Origin: Synechococcus sp.
GTDB taxonomy: Bacteria > Cyanobacteriota > Cyanobacteriia > PCC-6307 > Cyanobiaceae
DNA length: 64,000 nt
Assembly: GCA_047285305.1 (NCBI GenBank)
Contig: JBJBDL010000003.1
Location: 1,440,001 to 1,504,000, forward strand
Direction: 5' to 3'
Of the stretch, positions 59,696 to 64,000 are shown in pieces; positions within the stretch are counted from its first letter, which is position 1, and each line of letters starts with the position of its first letter. The notes below the pieces were generated by a model. That model had not been told where the DNA came from. It worked only from the letters and a program-made list of their open reading frames with translations, and searched no databases. The translations under genes were made by a program, and so were the position numbers.

Positions 59696-59765
59696 CGAAT
59701 GTTGTGGGGAAGAGTCCTTGCGGCCCTCGATTCCCCCGTTGTTAGGGGAGTAGGCCGTGTAGTCC
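59696..59765 (-). repeat. Dispersed 70-bp repeat, copy 2 (intact bulged hairpin with GCAA tetraloop)
   Basis: Minus strand ggggaa-tc-gag-gg-cc-gcaa-gg-a-ctc-ttcccc. Confidence 0.8.
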
Positions 59766-59812
59766 TCTGCTCCCAGGTGCAGAACCCCCTGGGCCCGCAG
59801 GGGCACATGCGC

Positions 59813-60148
59813 ATGCCATTTGAACGGTCTGACGAAGCCTCCTGTTTTCTTCAAGCTGATCTCATTGCTAAACAACTTTCCCTGGAGCAGTACAGACATA
59901 CTGGCGAGGAGAGCTGGGGGGAGGAGTGCGACTTCGTCGATGAACGGGACCTGCAGAACTGGAAGGGAGGCGTGGTCAGCATGACCTGCCAGCACTTCCC
60001 CTACGGGGTGGACCAGCTGTGCCAAACGATGATGAGCCGCAAACTCAGGCAGCAGCAGTTACAGCAACGCGAGCACCTAAAGAAGAGGTGCAAGTTATGG
60101 TCGCCTACTTGGTAGAAGGAGATGGGCTGGGCTCCTGAGGCGGGATGA
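59813..60148 (+). pseudogene. Cys-rich hypothetical protein with probable premature TAG at 60113-60115
   Basis: MPFERSDEASCFLQADL...MTCQHF...RCKLWSPTW*KEMGWAPEAG; the frame stays protein-like after the TAG. Confidence 0.55.
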
Positions 60149-60224
60149 GAATGAGTGAAACAGCTCTGAACTCGGAAGTCTTATTCGTCGTAAGGGTCAA
60201 ATGATCAGCCAACGTGAGGCTGCA

Positions 60225-60404
60225 ATGTTTGAAGTCCTCAAAGGCCATACGGGTAGCTGTCAAAGAAGAACTTGCCTGAAGTGGGAAATCAATGGCGAGC
60301 TATCGGCAAATGACCGCAGCAATCTGATGAAGCGTCTTTGTCAGGTGGACAAGCAAGCCTGCATTGAAGAACTGTGTGACGCGGACCTATACGACGAGAA
60401 ATAG
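60225..60404 (+). CDS. Small Cys-containing protein, paralog of 59412..59585
   Basis: MFEVLKGHTGSCQRRTCLKWEINGELSANDRSNLMKRLCQVDKQACIEELC; GAGG RBS. Confidence 0.7.
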   Translation: MFEVLKGHTGSCQRRTCLKWEINGELSANDRSNLMKRLCQVDKQACIEELCDADLYDEK

Positions 60405-60482
60405 TCAGCGCCTCCAGCCTGTCTTCTGCATCGTCTGCCAAGCCTCAATGGCGTTGTGCCGAAGCATCCGCCTTCGAGTCAT
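60405..60482 (-). pseudogene. DUF1651-like C-terminal fragment
   Basis: MTRRRMLRHNAIEAWQTMQKTGWRR*. Confidence 0.55.
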
Positions 60483-60588
60483 CGACTCAGGCGGGCGGGG
60501 CGGTAATCACTAAACGCTCGCAGACACAATCCCTACGTCGACAGAATTTTTTTCTTTTAAGTTTTTTATTCCCTTGATAAGGAGTGAG

Positions 60589-60783
60589 ATGCGAGCAGCC
60601 AAAACTCCAATAGAGAGGCTGGTGTTTGGTCTTCGGTGGGAGGCCTGTCGGCTTGCCTACTTCTCGTCCATTGGTCACAACATGAAAGTTGCCGCCTTGA
60701 CCGCAAAACTACAAAAGCTTGAAGAAGACCTACGCAGAGAGAGGTATCAGTTCAGCGATGTAGGTCAGACGGGTTTCCAGTAG
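60589..60783 (+). CDS. Small hypothetical protein
   Basis: AAGGAG RBS; MRAAKTPIERLVFGLRWEACRLAY...KLQKLEEDLRRE. Confidence 0.55.
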   Translation: MRAAKTPIERLVFGLRWEACRLAYFSSIGHNMKVAALTAKLQKLEEDLRRERYQFSDVGQTGFQ

Positions 60784-62523
60784 TCGCTAGTCAGTCAGCA
60801 TCTTGAGCCAGCTCAATCACGTTCCTCAGCGTCACCCACTGCAGCTATGTCCACGGTGGTGGCCCCTATTGCGGCAGGTCCAAATAGCCATTGTCGACAT
60901 CTGTCCAATTCCGATCAGCCTTCGGCAGCTCTCATAGTCCGCACCCCATAGCGGGGAGTTGCCACGGCACGCCGTATGGGCCTGAACGTGCTGCCTCAGT
61001 GTTGGACAACCAATTGAGGCCAGATCAAGATATGTCGCCCTTAGATCAGTCCCTGAGCGCACATACGCACTTAGTTCGCCTTCTTACAGAAGCCTCCTAA
61101 GCGTCGTCGTTGTCCTAAAGCCCAAGTGAGCACTGGTTTGATGCCGGTTGACGATCGTCATTGCAAAACAAGGTGTGCAATCAAATATTCCGCTGCTTAG
61201 GCAAACAACGCGCCTTCGGATGCCCCACGTTGTATTGGCTCAGAAGGACCCTGCTCGAGCTAAACGCGCCGTGACTGCGGACTGCTCAAGGAGTCATCAG
61301 CGGGTTAGGCACCCTCGGGCAATCGTCATCAATAAGCTGCACTATTGACACTGATAGTTATTACTAAGCGTATGTCTATTGAAATGGCTGATTGACCAGA
61401 GTTAGTGGTGAGTTGTCGATGGAAATAAGACATGACTTCAGAACCGACAGCACTACAAATGCAGCTGCCACTGTTCAACACCAAGATCACAAGTCACAAG
61501 TGCAAGCACTGCAACGGCAGTGGATACAAAAAGAGCAAATTTGATGGCTACATGCACGTCTGCAGCTACTGCAGCGGTACGGGCAGAAAGGTTGTCCTGA
61601 CTCGCAGGTGAGCAGAAAAAAGGGCCAGCCCCCAATAGGTTCCCCCCCCCATCTGAAACGCGCTAATCATGGCAAAAAAAGAGCCAGACCGACTCTGACT
61701 CGAAGTGTAAACACCTTACTAATTGAAGGCCTTATTCAATTGCGTCTTGCATCGCCGCAAACGATTCGGCCGAACTACGATTTCGATAGTCCGCAAAGCA
61801 CGCAGACCTGTCGTGCCTTTGGCGAAGTCGGTGTAGGTATCAATCAGGATTTCAAGCTGGCCGATCATGCCGATCAGGTGGTCTCGTAGATCACAGCGGA
61901 CAGGCCGGCTCCAGAGCCCTTTGTGAGGTTTGAGGGGACGTTGTTGCTGACCTCCAGACGGCGCCCTGAAATTTGGCTACGGCCAAGTTCAGCTCCATAA
62001 GGGCTGAGGAGGTACTGGCTCTGGGAGTCCTTGGCCTTTGCTAAAAGAGCTTCGACTTTGTCCTACGAAAGGAAACCACACGTTGCGACATCTGCGTTTT
62101 CAAAGGCCACCTCCTTTTGAGATCAAACAGGTAGTCCACTGCTGGCGTAAGTCCGTTAGTTCCTCCCGCTGCCTAACCAATTCCTGACGTTTGGAGGATG
62201 CCGGTGTGTTGGCTGCTGCTGCCGCAGCTACAGATTGAGTGTCTGACTGCGTTTTGAACGATCCTCGACAATCTGCACCCAAAAAGCACGCTTATTTAGG
62301 TAGGGCTGCTTATGACTGTCTTAGGTAGCCCTGGGGTTGGGTTGTATTTAAACCACTCATAACTCTCTTGCTTTTCCTCTCTCATAGAAAGGAGTGTGAA
62401 CAGCGTCCGAGATGTCCAGAGGTAGTCACCGCAGGGCTTTTCAGCGAAATGGCCAATAGTATCCGGCTGTTGTCGGACATGTCCGGGCTGTGATAGCACG
62501 AAGTTAGTTAAACCAACTTTGCC

Positions 62524-62712
62524 GTGTATTGCATCCATCGAGAAGAAGGCCCCGGTCGTTGGATTCAGGACCTGTGCTTCAAGACAGAGCTAAGAGCTTT
62601 TATCCGAGCAAGAACGATGTCGAAGGTGAAAGGCTGCAACTACAGAGTTGTCTGTCAGGCAACTAACGACGTGGTTGCTGTCATCGAGAAGGGCAAATCC
62701 TTAGCTGTTTAA
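62524..62712 (+). CDS. Small hypothetical protein
   Basis: MYCIHREEGPGRWIQDLCFKTELRAFIRARTMS...YRVV; protein-like. Confidence 0.55.
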   Translation: MYCIHREEGPGRWIQDLCFKTELRAFIRARTMSKVKGCNYRVVCQATNDVVAVIEKGKSLAV

Positions 62713-63197
62713 AGCTGCAACGGGAATACAAAGCTCCCGTTGAGATTGCTCGCAAACGGAAGCAGACCTACCAAGCACTTTATCCACATCGATACCAAGC
62801 ATGTTTTGCGTTGAGCGAAACGTCGGTACCGCCTTTTGGTTCCAGGAACAGTGCTTTCAGACTGAGTTCTAAGCCTTAAGCAACGCCCGCACCAAATCGC
62901 TCAACTCTTTCAGCCTCTATCGAGTCATTTGCGAAAGCGAAAGCCCCAGTAAATTAAATAAAGTGCTGAGGATTTTAAATGGGAAAGTAGTGTTGTCGAA
63001 TGGCGACCAGCTTTTTGGATAGACGCTTATGGCAACGTCTAGCAGCTGTGTCGTAGCAGTGGCTGATCATCGAATGATTGCCCGCTTGGGCCAATGACGA
63101 TCATCTTTACCGCCGATGCACGGCAGTGGCAGGGGTTGTGTCTTGTTAACTAAAGAACCCTGACTAATACAGCTGTTTTAGCTGTTTTCAAGGGCTG

Positions 63198-63799
63198 TCA
63201 AACCCGTGCTTTAAGGCGCGGTTCCCGGCATTTTTGCACCTTTTGCACCCTTGCCTGTGACCGTGAAGTAGGCGTACGACGTTCTATCAATGCAACCGGT
63301 GAGCCTTCACACCTGATGACGCTTAATGGCTTGTCGTGCAGCTCTGCCAGCATGTACTTGCAGTAGCCGATGCTGTATGACGCGTTGTGTTCAGCAACAT
63401 GTTTGGCAGTGAGCTTCGCAGCTTCATGCGTTAGCAGAAACCTCTTACCTAGTTCCCGATCATTGGTCATCTGACCAAGTTTCACCATCCTGTCACGGAT
63501 GCCCTTGAATCTCAGACGACGGTCGTAAAAGCTGCCGCTGAATGGTAGACGGTGCAAATCTCAACGCTGCCTCTGTGGTCTTTGATCCGTTTTAAGCAGT
63601 AGGTGTCTTCAACTTCAGCGTCTTCTTTGGTGCGCCAGAACAGCAAGCCGTGAGCCTTACTGTTAAAGATGTAAGTAGAGCCGTAGATGTCCTCTTTGGT
63701 TGGTTCGTTGTTGTGCCTGTCTTTGCTCTTGGTGATGTGGTGAATGACGATGATCTCCACGCAAAGCTCAGCAGCAAGATCGTTCAGCCGGTAAATCAC
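63198..63799 (-). pseudogene. Frameshifted C-terminal remnant of an AAA_25/RepA-like primase-helicase
   Basis: LNDLAAELCVEIIVIHHITK...EDIYGS motif; continues in another frame (ORF 63198..63557); no Walker A upstream within the window. Confidence 0.6.
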
Positions 63800-64000
63800 C
63801 AGAACGAAGCTTTGGCATCTCCTGGGTGCTCACCTATGCGCATTAGCGTGCGCAAAAACCTGGATATGAGCAACCATAAGTGATCACATTTGTGCGGGAG
63901 ACAAAGGTGTTCATGCAGCCTAGATCATAGGCCGGGCCATTATTTACGCGGATTGTGCGCTGACTGATGAGTCTTTTAGCGTCTGCTCCTCTAGCAACAT

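Noticed and set aside
53312..60115. Amber (TAG) recoding or readthrough in the island, suggested by in-frame TAGs at 53312, 57259 and 60113
   Set aside because: Only three cases among other frameshifted relics; neighbouring genes use TAG as a normal stop and no suppressor tRNA was seen. Ordinary point mutations explain it.
60832..62538. ORFs 60832..61062, 60891..61100, 61148..61348, 61608..61889, 62100..62282 and 62296..62538
   Set aside because: No recognisable motifs or convincing starts; cannot tell them from decayed or random frames.

Overview
A GC-rich chromosomal segment from a marine picocyanobacterium (Synechococcus, inferred from gene content and order). Most of it is core genome: chlP (partial), typA, lptA/lptB/lptF-G, ccsA, rpe, glpX, hemA, glgC, gnd, pgl, ilvD, upp, cobW, tRNA-Ser(TGA), nrdJ, prfC, hslO, rsmE, phnDCE-like transporter, ispG, a C-terminal processing protease and mfd. 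There are three accessory zones: a small-ORF/ncRNA gap at about 9.55-10.75 kb, an islet at about 23.8-29.7 kb at the 3' end of tRNA-Ser, and a lower-GC island of small and decayed ORFs from about 53.7 kb to the window end, finishing in a primase/helicase-like remnant. The best candidate for an undescribed system is at 27.9-29.3 kb. Two divergent ribbon-helix-helix-like genes (one coupled to a degenerate GIY-YIG/T5orf172-like ORF, the other fused to a Cys-rich domain) flank seven palindromic RGYNRCY heptamers in exact 11-bp phase. The second candidate is a bulged RNA hairpin (GGGGA-UC-GAG-G..loop..GG-A-CUY-UCCCC) present four times in accessory DNA. All protein family calls come from motif recognition by eye; no database searches were run.
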